Below, piece by piece: positions 28,199-37,813 of a stretch of DNA of 64,000 nt (positions within the stretch are counted from its first letter, which is position 1; the number at the start of each line of letters is the position of its first letter). Origin of the DNA: Candidatus Kerfeldbacteria bacterium (GTDB lineage Bacteria > Patescibacteriota > Patescibacteriia > UBA9570 > XYC2-FULL-38-9); NCBI GenBank assembly GCA_016182555.1, contig JACPGJ010000007.1, positions 128,053-192,052 on the forward strand. Direction: 5' to 3'. The notes beneath the pieces were generated by a model. It was given only the letters and a program-made list of their open reading frames with translations. It made no database searches and was not told the origin of the DNA. A program made the position numbers and the translations under genes.

Positions 28199-30109
28199 TT
28201 ATTGTTGATTGTTTTGTTCTTCAAATTCTTTTTTACTCTGTTCCAACTCCAGTAACTGGCGTGGATCAGAAGTAATAATTTTATCTTCAACTGGAGAAGC
28301 CACTACTTGCATCGCCACATGTTTTGGACCAGCAAAGAAAATCCCCTGACCAACAGCACCTTCAAGTAATAAATATTTTTCTCCGTCGGTTAAAATAAAT
28401 GTTTTCTGAATCCGGTCAATAGAAGCGGGTGATTGTTTCAACAAAATTTGCATGGCAGAGTTGGTCACAATCGCTGCACCATAAGGTGAACGTAAAAAAT
28501 CGGCCACATCTTGGGTAATGGTAGTGACACCAAGGTAATACTTACGACAGCGTTTAACCAACGCATAAATAAATTTGGCAGAATCATCATTTTGCATCAA
28601 CCACCAAGCTTCGTCGATAACTAAAATTCGTTTTTTCAGTTCTGAACGAATCGTATTCCAAATATAATTCACAATCATGTAAATGGCGATCGGTTTCAAT
28701 TCGTCTTCTAAATCACGAACGGAAAATACCATCAGCTGATTAGTGGTATCGATATTCGTAGGCGAATTGAATAACCCGGCGAATGTACCAGTGACATATT
28801 TTTGTAACTTAATCACCATTTCTTCCGTGCCTTCAAACCCTTCCAAAATACTCAAGAAATCGGTCATGAGCGGCGGTTCAATGTTATGCAAGTCACTATC
28901 GGGTGTAATATCTTTTTTGGCGTAAGTTTCAATAAGCGCGCGATCCAGAATAGAATCTTCTGCGGCGCTGACTTTGCCCAACATAATACGCAGCATGCCT
29001 TTAATGGTAATCACTGCGGAACGAATAATATCCGCTGGGCGGTCTGCTCCACCAACGGGTTTTGGTAAATCAAACGGGTTAATTTTCACTTCGGAATTCA
29101 ACGAAATATTCATAAACGTTCCACCCACCGAATCAGATAAATGCTTATATTCATTTTCCGGGTCGATAATCATCACGTCCACGCCCAACATGAGTGAACG
29201 CAATACCTCTAACTTGACTGTATAACTTTTCCCGGCACCCGATGTGGCAAATACCACGGCATTGGCATTTTGCAAACTAAAACGATCAAACACAATCAAG
29301 CTACCGTTGTGGCGGTTCACGCCGTACATAATGCCATCGTCAGAAGTAAGATCCGAAGAAATAAATGGGAACGACGACGCGCACGGCGAAGAATTCATAT
29401 TAAAGAAAATCTCTAATTCATCCAAACCAATCGGCAGCGTGGAATTAAACCCTTGTTCGGCTTGATAATACACCCGTTTTGCCACCACCAACCGCGAACC
29501 AAACAAACTATCGAGTTGGTCTACACGGTCACTCAATTCTTTTTCATTGTCGGCATACACCGATACATAAAGCGCGTATTGAAAAAATTTCTCTGTTCCT
29601 TGGGTCAAGTCATCGCGCAGTTTTTCAATATCGCGCAGGGCTGTTTCTCGCAGCGGGTCACGCGGCGCTCCTTTTTCACGGTCAGAAAATAATTGCGCTT
29701 CCAGGGCACCCACTTTATTCTTCAACTGCTTCAAAATCACCTCTGCTTTTACCGGATAGAAAAACATACTAATATCTAATGCCGCATTCAGCAAAATAAT
29801 CGGTGCAAACCAACCCACGGCAATATACCGTGGATAGGTGACCACAAATAATGTACTCACCAATTTCCCACCCAAATCGACATGGCGCGCTTCCACGCTC
29901 ATTGCCGATGGTGCAATTAAATCCAGTACCGAAGTGACACCCTTGCGGTACACTTGTGCAGCCTGCAAAACGGACACTTCTTCTTTTTGTTGCTGGGCAG
30001 CAGGTAGCGGTGCGCTACTCGCTTGCGATTGCTGCTTCACCAATTCCTGAAAACTAAATTCGGGTGCTTTCGATTGTTGTGATGAACGATTTTTTAAAAA
30101 ATTAAACAT
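28199..30109 (-). CDS. virB4: type IV secretion system ATPase, VirB4/TraC/CagE family (ATPase portion plus the preceding core region)
   Basis: 636 aa. Gram-positive VirB4-type region (LIAPSAMSVEARHVDLGGKLVSTLFVVTYPRYIAVGWFAPIILLNAALDISMFFYPV). Walker A (FATSGAGKSYTV). Walker B (RILVIDEAWWLM). Confidence 0.8.
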   Translation of the reverse strand: MFNFLKNRSSQQSKAPEFSFQELVKQQSQASSAPLPAAQQQKEEVSVLQAAQVYRKGVTSVLDLIAPSAMSVEARHVDLGGKLVSTLFVVTYPRYIAVGWFAPIILLNAALDISMFFYPVKAEVILKQLKNKVGALEAQLFSDREKGAPRDPLRETALRDIEKLRDDLTQGTEKFFQYALYVSVYADNEKELSDRVDQLDSLFGSRLVVAKRVYYQAEQGFNSTLPIGLDELEIFFNMNSSPCASSFPFISSDLTSDDGIMYGVNRHNGSLIVFDRFSLQNANAVVFATSGAGKSYTVKLEVLRSLMLGVDVMIIDPENEYKHLSDSVGGTFMNISLNSEVKINPFDLPKPVGGADRPADIIRSAVITIKGMLRIMLGKVSAAEDSILDRALIETYAKKDITPDSDLHNIEPPLMTDFLSILEGFEGTEEMVIKLQKYVTGTFAGLFNSPTNIDTTNQLMVFSVRDLEDELKPIAIYMIVNYIWNTIRSELKKRILVIDEAWWLMQNDDSAKFIYALVKRCRKYYLGVTTITQDVADFLRSPYGAAIVTNSAMQILLKQSPASIDRIQKTFILTDGEKYLLLEGAVGQGIFFAGPKHVAMQVVASPVEDKIITSDPRQLLELEQSKKEFEEQNNQQ

Positions 30110-30114
30110 AGTGA

Positions 30115-30846
30115 TTACTGAATAGAGGTATCAATTTGCATCTGCGTCATATCTTCTATCCGACGTTTCTGTTTGGTGACCGGATTATAGGTATTATAAT
30201 ACAACTCAATCAATGCTTGTGTGTCCAAAATTTGTGTTTGCAAACTAATCGATTGTAATCCACTAATGACCACACTCAAACGACGCGCCATTTCTACTTT
30301 ATATTGTGCTAATTGGTCTTCATGGAGCTTCACAATGCTCGCCGGTGAAATAGTTTCCTGCAACCGCGACCAAAAATTTTTCTTTTTATTCGATGTCGGT
30401 GAAAATGGCACTATCACATAAAATTTCTTATCCATAATATCAGCTTCTTCCACTAATTTACTCACGAATGAACGATAAGAAAGCGTTTGTTTGCGCAACA
30501 GCTCATTCTCGTGCTGCCGCGCGAGGAGTTGCAACTTATCTAAATATTTTTCAATGTTGAGCTTTCTGGATTGAATCACCACTTGCAATGGAAAATCAAT
30601 GGTATTTAAAAACGATACATACCCTTGAATAATAGCGGTTTGCTCATCTTCAGATTTCAATGCAAAATTCAAACTCGAGACAAGAATAACTGTCCGCAGT
30701 GTTCCATCTTTCATAATCACAATGTCATCACGAATTTCGGCAAATGGCAGATGCTGCTGTGCAGATGGGAGCTGGCCGTTTTTTTTCTTCACCTGGCGAA
30801 CCGGCCGTTTTTTAATTTGTTTGATTGGTTTATTTTTTTTGCTCAT
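30115..30846 (-). CDS. T4SS-associated protein resembling the extreme N-terminal segment of Gram-positive VirB4 ATPases (possible split virB4, 5' part)
   Basis: 243 aa. Lys-rich N-terminus, then DDIVIMKDGTLRTVILVSSLNFALKSEDEQTAIIQGYVSFLNTIDFPLQVVIQSRKLNIEKYL, a pattern I associate with VirB4 N-termini. TAA stop at 30115-30117, 5 nt before the ATG of the VirB4 ORF, in a different frame. Confidence 0.45.
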   Translation of the reverse strand: MSKKNKPIKQIKKRPVRQVKKKNGQLPSAQQHLPFAEIRDDIVIMKDGTLRTVILVSSLNFALKSEDEQTAIIQGYVSFLNTIDFPLQVVIQSRKLNIEKYLDKLQLLARQHENELLRKQTLSYRSFVSKLVEEADIMDKKFYVIVPFSPTSNKKKNFWSRLQETISPASIVKLHEDQLAQYKVEMARRLSVVISGLQSISLQTQILDTQALIELYYNTYNPVTKQKRRIEDMTQMQIDTSIQ

Positions 30847-30862
30847 ACCTCAACAAATGAAA

Positions 30863-31390
30863 TTAACGTTGCAACAAATTACTCCCTCCGACCGGAGCCG
30901 ATGATGCAGATGCTCCCCCGCCTCCTCCACTCGCCACAACTTTACTGGTTTTTGGTACGTTCTTCCCGGCACGCAATACATCTTCTGTTGCATACATTCC
31001 TCCGGTATCCACCATCAACGACATCGCTGCTAAATGCGATTGCGTAACCTCTTTCTGAATCGACTGCGCTTGCGTTGAGACAGCTGGTGTTGTTGCTTGC
31101 TGTTCTGAATAGGGAATGCGCGCCCAAAGTTTCAACCGTGGTCGGCGTAATGTTTGTACTAAATTTAATACGACATAGTGCATAGATTGCCCATTCACTT
31201 TTGCAAATGCCATTCCCCCGCCAATCATCACCGTTAACACCAGTGCCGGAATAAATAATACCAAAGATAAAATAGAATACCACAAAAATGCCACACCCAG
31301 AGTAATCAAAATAATCACAAATTGACGAGCAGAAATCGGACCAATAATTTTGGATTCAACTTCGATAAATTGTGGTACAACAAATTGCAT
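30863..31390 (-). CDS. small two-TM protein, candidate VirB3/PrgI-like T4SS component
   Basis: 175 aa. Two adjacent TM helices (FVIILITLGVAFLWYSILSLVLFIPALVLTVMIGGGMAF). Located directly upstream of the VirB4-type genes, as VirB3 is in canonical clusters. Confidence 0.4.
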   Translation of the reverse strand: MQFVVPQFIEVESKIIGPISARQFVIILITLGVAFLWYSILSLVLFIPALVLTVMIGGGMAFAKVNGQSMHYVVLNLVQTLRRPRLKLWARIPYSEQQATTPAVSTQAQSIQKEVTQSHLAAMSLMVDTGGMYATEDVLRAGKNVPKTSKVVASGGGGGASASSAPVGGSNLLQR

Positions 31391-31411
31391 ATCGTACGTG
31401 TAGTGTAGCAG

Positions 31412-33403
31412 TTAATAACGAAGCTGGCGATTCAAATCGGAGATGGCATCAAATTCCGCTTGCATGAGCGTGTCTTTTCCGCTTTGCGCCCATTGACGAA
31501 TAATCTCTTCCACTGGCACTGTTTTTTCTAAACTTTCTTTTCCAATAGATAAATACAGTTGGTGCAGTGGACTCGCAAACCACGCTTGCATGCCTTCCGC
31601 TTTTTTCGATAACGATTCTTCTTCCAGTAAAGCCAGTTTATCAATAATATGTTTGGCGGCGTCTTGTGGTTGTTCAGCAAGGCGGCGGAAATCTTCCAGA
31701 TTCATATTTTGTAATTCTTCGAGTGGACCCATCACCACTGGCTGTGCGGCTTCTTGACTGTCATGCGAAAAAGATGCCCCCGATTGTGCTGCAGCAAATT
31801 GTCCCGGATGAACAATATCGGTCATGATTGATTTTTTATTTGTGTTATTCATATCCATTGTATCAAAAATAGGGTTCATATTGGCGAACATATCTTCGAC
31901 CATAATATGAGCACTTGCTTGTTCCTCCGCACGCTTGGCATCATGTTTTTTTTGACGGTCAATCTGTTCTTGCACCATGGCAAGAGTGGGGGCAAATATG
32001 TTTGAAGGTTGCGTTGTCTTCACCCGTTTAGTTTCTTTGCCGCCCTGCAAGGCTTGTTGATACAATTCATCAGCCGTGTGCAAAATGGTATCTACTTGTG
32101 CAGCGGGAATATTCACTCCCCCTTCTTGTGAAGGCCGGGTCAATGCATCGCGTGCCTCTGGTTTGCTGCGCACTCCCCGCAAATACGACACGACAATACT
32201 CAAAAACCGTTTTTCTAATTCCAGCGATTCAAATAACAATTTGTATTCACCTAACACATGTTGGGCGACCGTATGATATTGGTGATCGCTCAACAATAAT
32301 GGAGATTCAGCAACATCAGTAACAGCGGGGGTAGACACAACTGGCAGTGGAGGCACAGGCATTGGTGGGAGTGGTTGGGGTGTTGGAAGCTGAGGCAATG
32401 GGAGTGGCGAAGCTGGCGGCTGCACTGTTTTCTTTGGTGGAGGGGGGAGCGGCATCGGTGGCAGTGGAGGCACAGGAGCAACAGTCTTTTCTTCTCCAAT
32501 AACCACTGGTTGGGCATACATTTTTACCGCTTTCTTTACTTGTTTGGAAATAGGAAGCGGTTTGCCGTGGTCGTCTAACCCCGCCAAAAAACGCATAGCC
32601 TTTAACTCCGGCTCTGGTATGGGAACATGGGTATCTTCGACCACCCCCATATCAAAAAGATGCACCGTTCCGGTGACCGGGTCATCAAAATAAAACGTCG
32701 ATTCAGAACCTTCCGGTGTTTTAGAGGAGAGTGATAATTTATGGTCAAACTTTAACAAATGTTCAATGCGTTCTTTATCATCAGCGGACAGGGCTTGTAC
32801 ATTTTTACTGGAATTCATGTACTCCACAATCAACAACGGTTCTGGTTTACGGGTCGCTAAAAATTCTTTCCAATCGTGAAGCCAGCTGGCGATACTTGGT
32901 TCCACTGTCGTTGTCCCAATGGTGATATCTGTTTTACCAATATGTGCAGTCGACCGTGACAATGCTTCACGATATTTCTGCTTTACCACATCACGCTCAC
33001 CATAATCATCAATAATCAACAACCGACGTTTCAATTTGCGCAAAATCTCTTCGAAGTCTTTTTTAAATAGCCCTTCTCCATGGCGTGAAAGAACATTTTC
33101 CACTTCCGTTGGCGCTAAATCACCAATCACAAACCATTTCGCTTCGGCCATCACCGTTTCTAATTCTGCATAGAGACCCGGTTGTTGTTTGTCTAGCTCC
33201 GGATACTTCGTGCTGATAAGCTTTTGAATACTATTCACCAAATGAAATACTGTATCATTATCGTTATCGTCCAACGCCGTATTCAAAGCATGAATGGCTT
33301 TATTGATTCCATCTGGTGTATTCAATTCAAAAGATTCCAGTGGTCGGGCAATGGGTGGTACGGCTGGTGCTGTTGGCATATTTTTTTGTATTGGTGTATC
33401 CAT
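31412..33403 (-). CDS. T4SS-cluster hypothetical protein with a central proline-rich tract
   Basis: 663 aa. No clear TM helix. Pro-rich region (PPLPPMPLPPPPKKTVQPPASPLPLPQLPTPQPLPPMPVPPLPV). Confidence 0.4.
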   Translation of the reverse strand: MDTPIQKNMPTAPAVPPIARPLESFELNTPDGINKAIHALNTALDDNDNDTVFHLVNSIQKLISTKYPELDKQQPGLYAELETVMAEAKWFVIGDLAPTEVENVLSRHGEGLFKKDFEEILRKLKRRLLIIDDYGERDVVKQKYREALSRSTAHIGKTDITIGTTTVEPSIASWLHDWKEFLATRKPEPLLIVEYMNSSKNVQALSADDKERIEHLLKFDHKLSLSSKTPEGSESTFYFDDPVTGTVHLFDMGVVEDTHVPIPEPELKAMRFLAGLDDHGKPLPISKQVKKAVKMYAQPVVIGEEKTVAPVPPLPPMPLPPPPKKTVQPPASPLPLPQLPTPQPLPPMPVPPLPVVSTPAVTDVAESPLLLSDHQYHTVAQHVLGEYKLLFESLELEKRFLSIVVSYLRGVRSKPEARDALTRPSQEGGVNIPAAQVDTILHTADELYQQALQGGKETKRVKTTQPSNIFAPTLAMVQEQIDRQKKHDAKRAEEQASAHIMVEDMFANMNPIFDTMDMNNTNKKSIMTDIVHPGQFAAAQSGASFSHDSQEAAQPVVMGPLEELQNMNLEDFRRLAEQPQDAAKHIIDKLALLEEESLSKKAEGMQAWFASPLHQLYLSIGKESLEKTVPVEEIIRQWAQSGKDTLMQAEFDAISDLNRQLRY

Positions 33404-33446
33404 AGGTTCAATGGCGCATGTAAATTATGGTTGTTGTCTACGGCGT

Positions 33447-36400
33447 TTATTCCTCGTCACTTATAATATTATTTTTTTTGTTTTTATTGGATTGAGTGAA
33501 GACTCCATCACGTACCGCGCGAATAAATTCTTCCGGTACACCTAAATTTTTTAAATTCTCTGGATCGGATGCATCGCTATGTTTAGCAATATAGTCACGA
33601 ATACGCTGACGCGTTAATTCTTTCAACCACCGGAAACCCGTTTCGTAGGAATAATCGTGGCCGTAGCGAATCAATTTCTGAATATCGCTTGGAGCGAGTG
33701 TTGTATCATTACCTTCTACGACACCAAAAACGGTATTGGCCACATTGCTTGCCTGCCGCCTGTTAATACCACCAGCTTGTAGAGCCGCCCGTTCATCCTT
33801 CCCGCGCGGACGCATCACTCCAGCAGCGTTTGAAACGTATGCCGCATCCAAATCAATATTGTCGTCAGTAAATTTTGCCACTAACTTCTGCATATAACGC
33901 ATAGATTCTTGATCACTCATTCCTAACTCCTCCTTTAAATGGTGGGTACGGAATGCTTCCATGGCGCCGTGTCCGGACCCTGCATGCGCGCGGGCATCTG
34001 CATTATCACTTTGACGCAAATACTGGTCAAAACCGAACCATAATAACCCGCCCGTTTCTTGCAAGCGTTTGTGCACCGCTTCGGCCAAATATCGATTTTT
34101 TTCTTTTTTGGCACGAGTTAAATAACCCATCAATTCTGTACCATCATCAATATTCTGCACTTGCTGGTACTGTTCATCTACCAATTTTTTGTGTTCAGGG
34201 TTACTCGTGTGTCGGCGTGCTTCCAATGTTGCAGACTCAGCCGTTGCGGCAACCAGTTGGCGTTCGCGTTCTGATAATTCATTATCTAAAATACTTCCTG
34301 CATTGTCGAAGAAATCAGCCGTTGCCGGATCAATAACATGCACGTCATGTTGATCATCATTACGTCGAACATACTCGTTTTTCACTTTATTCAATGAGCT
34401 ATTTAATGCTCCTGTTAAACCTAAACGTAGTGCCCCTGGCGCATAGGAGCCATGTTGCTTAAATAATTTTTTAGAATTAATACTTCCCTCACGCAACGCC
34501 TGTTGCACACGTTCAATTTGAGCTTGAAGAGCCGTCTTATCCTCCGGGGTAGTCGCTGCGGCTAAATCTGTTTTCAATTGTGCAATAAGATCTTGAATAA
34601 ACCGACGAACTGGCTCAATAGTCGTATCCAATCTGGTATCTGCGTCTGACATGACACCAGATCGCATATTTAATAAACTCCTTGTGTGCTCATCTTGTGA
34701 ACGATAATTTTTATTATAATCTTCCAAACGTTTCTTTTGATCATAGAGCCCCTCATCCAACTTATACATATCTGCTCCAAAACGGCGCTCTAACTCTGCA
34801 TCAATATCCGCCTCTGAAGGGGGTGGTGTTCCTGCTCTTTGCGCTGCAGCAGTTAATTCTGCGGCGAGTTCTGGTCTGGCTTTCTGTTTATTTTTTCTAA
34901 TCTTTCTTCTCATCAAAAGACCAAAAGAATTTTCTGCTTTATCGGCTAACCGTTTATATGTTCGTAGACTTAATGGATCATAATCTTCATATACCTTTAC
35001 GGCATCATCAGATGTCACCCCAATGCCAATGCCGGTCAAATTATCCATACTGGCAAATGCACCGTTCATATAGCCATGGCCCATAATATCACGATCCGCC
35101 ATCCCTCTCGCCCTCTTCTTAGATTCATTCAAAAAGACTTCCTGTTTTCGTTCGCTGGCTTTAGAAACGCCCGTTTTCAAATTCTTCCACGCTTTGCCAG
35201 GGTCGGAAAGCACGGTATTGGTAAAATGAGAAAAGTTATCGAGTGGTTGTAACACGTTGGAAGCAAATCGCGATGCACCACGTGCTCTAGCGGAACGATC
35301 GTCATCACTGGCAATGGCATCCAGCCGGCCACGGGCGCTTGACAATGCACGACCAGCCAGATATTGCTGATTGAGACGATAGCTGGCTTGACGAGCTGCA
35401 CCCAATAACTTCCCCGCTCCTTGGCGCACTTGGCTAAGCTGTTTCGTAAATTCTGTGGCCATCTCGTTCACCATTTTCAAAGACGCGGCTAACATCAACA
35501 TCATGACAATGTAATTCACAATGGTGGCCGGCGTTACGGCCCGCAACTGGCCGGTTTCTGGTGATTTCGAATACGTAGCAGGTAGCTGGGTTTGCACCTT
35601 TTCGTCAAACGCTCCATTTAAGGGTGACCCATTGTACCCATACGCCGTATCGGCCTGTGTGCCATACGCAATAGAAAGAGACAACCATAAGAAAAATGTA
35701 ATGAGGGGGCCAACGATGACATAACGCCCAAACATATCCCACCATTTTTGCGCAATACGGCTTTGGGTTTGGGGTAAAATGCGCCCAATCCAGGCAAGCG
35801 GAGAAATGGATATGAGAAACCAGAGCATGACGATGCGGAAAATGAGCGTCACCACATAGACCGTAAGAATAATGGAAAGCCCGGTTAACATGAAACCCGC
35901 AGCGGCAAAACCAGCAATCAAAAACGGTAACCCCTTAAGATCACTAACTACGGAATCTGAATCTCCTAAAGATAAATCCAATATTGATGCCGGGTTCAAA
36001 ACACCCAAAATATTTCGCCCAATCGCATTGCTAAACGAGCCGCCAAACGTGGCCATGGCAACTGTCGCCGCATCGGTGAATACGCCACAAATCGTACGGG
36101 AAAAATTGATTAAAATAGCCGCAATAATAAAATCAGGTAGCGTTTTTTTCCACGAATATTTTTCAATACGCAACACCGTACCTAAAGCGATGATGATAAG
36201 AATCATGGAGAAAAAAATGTTGCAAACATCACGCACCAGCTTCCATGACGTTACGACACCGGGGACATTCACAAATGCGGAGCGCGCATCTGCGCCGATG
36301 AATACGGATTGCCAGACATCGCCGTAGGGGTAGGTAATAACAATATCTAAAATAAAAGCGAGAATCATAGCAATAATCCCATTGATCATAATGGGAACAT

Positions 36401-36671
36401 AGTAAATAAATGCAAGAATCACGCGTGCCACTGAACCAATAATGCCGCTTGACTGCGCATATACCACCGGCACTCCGTTAAACGACATGATTATACCGGC
36501 AATACTGAGGCCAACGATACACACCCCGCCCCAATAAGCGGTTTTTTTGAAAATTCTGCGTGTTTTTTGTTGAGAGAGATAAAAAAATACCCGTACTTTT
36601 GGAAAATACTGGACTGTTTTGCTGCCTATCGTGCGGCAAAAATTGATAATACGCTGGTAAAACCGATTCAT
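33447..36671 (-). CDS. VirB6/TrbL-like polytopic T4SS channel protein with a large C-terminal coiled-coil domain
   Basis: 1074 aa. First ~400 aa contain at least 7 TM helices in a TrbL/VirB6-like arrangement. About 650 aa of charged, helical, TM-free sequence follows. Resembles Gram-positive PrgH/TcpH-type VirB6 proteins. Confidence 0.5.
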   Translation of the reverse strand: MNRFYQRIINFCRTIGSKTVQYFPKVRVFFYLSQQKTRRIFKKTAYWGGVCIVGLSIAGIIMSFNGVPVVYAQSSGIIGSVARVILAFIYYVPIMINGIIAMILAFILDIVITYPYGDVWQSVFIGADARSAFVNVPGVVTSWKLVRDVCNIFFSMILIIIALGTVLRIEKYSWKKTLPDFIIAAILINFSRTICGVFTDAATVAMATFGGSFSNAIGRNILGVLNPASILDLSLGDSDSVVSDLKGLPFLIAGFAAAGFMLTGLSIILTVYVVTLIFRIVMLWFLISISPLAWIGRILPQTQSRIAQKWWDMFGRYVIVGPLITFFLWLSLSIAYGTQADTAYGYNGSPLNGAFDEKVQTQLPATYSKSPETGQLRAVTPATIVNYIVMMLMLAASLKMVNEMATEFTKQLSQVRQGAGKLLGAARQASYRLNQQYLAGRALSSARGRLDAIASDDDRSARARGASRFASNVLQPLDNFSHFTNTVLSDPGKAWKNLKTGVSKASERKQEVFLNESKKRARGMADRDIMGHGYMNGAFASMDNLTGIGIGVTSDDAVKVYEDYDPLSLRTYKRLADKAENSFGLLMRRKIRKNKQKARPELAAELTAAAQRAGTPPPSEADIDAELERRFGADMYKLDEGLYDQKKRLEDYNKNYRSQDEHTRSLLNMRSGVMSDADTRLDTTIEPVRRFIQDLIAQLKTDLAAATTPEDKTALQAQIERVQQALREGSINSKKLFKQHGSYAPGALRLGLTGALNSSLNKVKNEYVRRNDDQHDVHVIDPATADFFDNAGSILDNELSERERQLVAATAESATLEARRHTSNPEHKKLVDEQYQQVQNIDDGTELMGYLTRAKKEKNRYLAEAVHKRLQETGGLLWFGFDQYLRQSDNADARAHAGSGHGAMEAFRTHHLKEELGMSDQESMRYMQKLVAKFTDDNIDLDAAYVSNAAGVMRPRGKDERAALQAGGINRRQASNVANTVFGVVEGNDTTLAPSDIQKLIRYGHDYSYETGFRWLKELTRQRIRDYIAKHSDASDPENLKNLGVPEEFIRAVRDGVFTQSNKNKKNNIISDEE

Positions 36672-36728
36672 TTTTGGGTCATCACTGCTGTTTGTACAGC
36701 ATCTAAAATACGAATTAATGACTATTTC

Positions 36729-36737
36729 ATTATATCA
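36729..36737 (-). promoter_or_regulatory. extended -10 promoter (TGnTATAAT) upstream of the VirB6-like operon
   Basis: Minus strand reads TGATATAAT, about 55 nt upstream of the ATG at 36671. No convincing -35. Confidence 0.3.
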
Positions 36738-36792
36738 TATTCTTGAGTTTTTTGCCACATCAGATTTGGGGAAACCTGTTTAAATGATGTAT

Positions 36793-36830
36793 TTTTGACA
36801 TATTTGGAAGGGTGTGCACAACACATGCGC
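36793..36830 (+). repeat. copy A of a conserved ~40-nt element (TTTTTGRCATATTTGGARGGGYGTGCACARCAMATRC) with an internal TGTGCACA palindrome
   Basis: tttttgacatatttggaagggtgtgcacaacacatgcgc. Aligns almost base-for-base with copies at 41149 and 41927, all in the same orientation. Confidence 0.7.
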
Positions 36831-37003
36831 AAAAATGGAAAACATGGAAAACCACCATGCAGTTGACAGCAAAAACAGTCTTAAGTATTATTATCGTAGA
36901 AGCATGCAGTAACAACTTACGGGACACCCTTAGTGTTCCCTTGGCCTTGCTGAGGCTTAAGCTGAGGATACATGTGGCCTGTAAGACGCTGCTTCAATAA
37001 AAT

Positions 37004-37033
37004 ACTCAATCCAGAACGGTTGAGTTTTTTGTT
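37004..37033 (+). terminator. weak candidate rho-independent terminator (plus-strand orientation)
   Basis: ACTCAA-tccagaacgg-TTGAGT followed by TTTTTTGTTT. Only a 6-bp stem with a 10-nt loop. Confidence 0.25.
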
Positions 37034-37047
37034 TACCTAAAATTTTT

Positions 37048-37692
37048 CTATAAAAAAAGCTGCTTTCCTTTCACTATTTTATTCTGCAAAATAGCATAAA
37101 ATTCTTTGCCGAGCGATTTATTGTTCACATACGCTGCTAACGCACCGGTAATCCAATCGGCGATTTGTATATTCACGTGTTGATCAGATTCGAGCATCTT
37201 CACAGCAATACGTGATCCGAGCGGTATACGTGAAAGTATTCTCGCATAAATAAATTTACAAAATTCTTGCTGATGCATATCTTTTAAATGACGTTTGTCA
37301 CAATAAATGTAGAGTTCTTTTGTTTCTATAGGAAAATATAAATCGATATTTTGCGTCACGATTTCCGCATAAAGATATCCACTTTTCAGCTGTCGTTTAT
37401 ACCAAAATTCCTGTGGGATATCTTTGTGAGAAACAATGGTATAGCAAATACGAATATCTAAATCCGCAATGTGCTGTATAGTTTTTAATCGTAATTTTTG
37501 ACTAATCTCACAATCATTGAACTTGATCTCCATTTTATAACGTCTATTTATTGGAAAATGTTTGCGTTGCCATGTATGAAAACTTTTGGCGGTTTGTTTT
37601 GGATTTGTTGTCGAAAAAGAACCAATAACAAAATATGGCTGTTGGGGATTTTTTGTTAATTGACCACTTTCATCTAAAAATATTGCGTACAT
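37048..37692 (-). CDS. DUF3800 family protein
   Basis: 214 aa. N-terminus MYAIFLDESGQL matches the Y-x-DESG start characteristic of DUF3800 (RNase H-like fold) proteins. Lies within an AT-rich segment. Confidence 0.55.
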   Translation of the reverse strand: MYAIFLDESGQLTKNPQQPYFVIGSFSTTNPKQTAKSFHTWQRKHFPINRRYKMEIKFNDCEISQKLRLKTIQHIADLDIRICYTIVSHKDIPQEFWYKRQLKSGYLYAEIVTQNIDLYFPIETKELYIYCDKRHLKDMHQQEFCKFIYARILSRIPLGSRIAVKMLESDQHVNIQIADWITGALAAYVNNKSLGKEFYAILQNKIVKGKQLFL

Positions 37693-37813
37693 AAAATAAA
37701 AACACGGCCTAGGGAAGGCGTGTCCAACGCTGCTATTTTACCATGATGTACGCTTGAGTCAAACACACTATTAAAAAGAAAAACCTCTAGTGCGCTGATT
37801 CAATAAACCGGCT

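Noticed and set aside
36812-37000. 62-aa plus-strand ORF downstream of repeat copy A
   Set aside because: Low-complexity translation, no SD, and inside a region better explained as non-coding; see the ncRNA candidate.
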